Assembly: GCA_034722955.1 (NCBI GenBank)
Contig: JAYEOM010000040.1
Coordinates: 1 to 17,732, forward strand
Direction: 5' to 3'
DNA from: Campylobacterota bacterium
Lineage (GTDB): Bacteria; Campylobacterota; Campylobacteria; Campylobacterales; Sulfurovaceae
DNA: 17,732 nucleotides
Part shown: in pieces, positions 17,539-17,732 of the stretch
Layout: each line of letters opens with the position of its first letter
Numbering within the stretch: position 1 is the stretch's first letter
Program-made: the position numbers and the translations under genes
The notes under the pieces: model-generated
What the model saw: the letters and a program-made list of their open reading frames with translations, nothing else
Databases searched by the model: none
Told to the model about the DNA's origin: nothing

Positions 17539-17732
17539 GGGTCAGGCGTTGAATATACACTTTTTTTATGCTATACTACAAAAAAGCAAAAAGGTCAATC
17601 AATGCCAAGAGAGATAATGCCATAATAACAGCACTAAAAGATGGGTATACCCAAGCGAAGATTGCTAAGTTTATTGGGGTTTCTCGATCTTTGGTTTGTA
17701 AGATTTTGAAAGGAAGTGGTGTATATTCAACG
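17539..17732 (+). mobile_element. MITE-like internally deleted RAYT element (right end runs off the window)
   Basis: IR CGTTGAATATACAC (17547-17560) / GTGTATATTCAACG (17719-17732). TGCTATACT -10, AAGG RBS, then ATG CCA AGA (MPR) at 17602 joined out of frame to RDNAIITALKDGYTQAKIAKFIGVSRSLV. Confidence 0.75.

Overview
AT-rich bacterial window, probably Campylobacterota (Sulfurovum/Sulfurimonas-like; inferred from TGnTATAAT extended -10 promoters and protein character, not from a search). The core is an ~11.8 kb minus-strand operon: cysD, cysN, a DUF2061-APS kinase fusion, a frameshifted CotH-kinase/beta-helix gene, a TPR protein, a VTC polyphosphate-polymerase domain, a DUF4956-like membrane protein, a signal-peptide-bearing pyrophosphatase, an exported CYTH-like protein, a second cysC with no canonical start codon, cysQ and a GT4 glycosyltransferase. 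A batA/batB-TPR/batD-like VWA operon runs divergently. Both window ends hold Y1/RAYT-type transposase debris, REP-like GTAG hairpins and toxin-antitoxin genes. Main candidates for novelty: (1) a VTC-DUF4956-CotH module with two predicted extracytoplasmic phosphate-handling proteins nested in a PAPS/glycan locus; (2) small inverted-repeat-bounded cassettes, one carrying a collapsed PIN toxin plus antitoxin and one a collapsed RAYT, whose ends share an identical 26-mer that brackets the central 16 kb.
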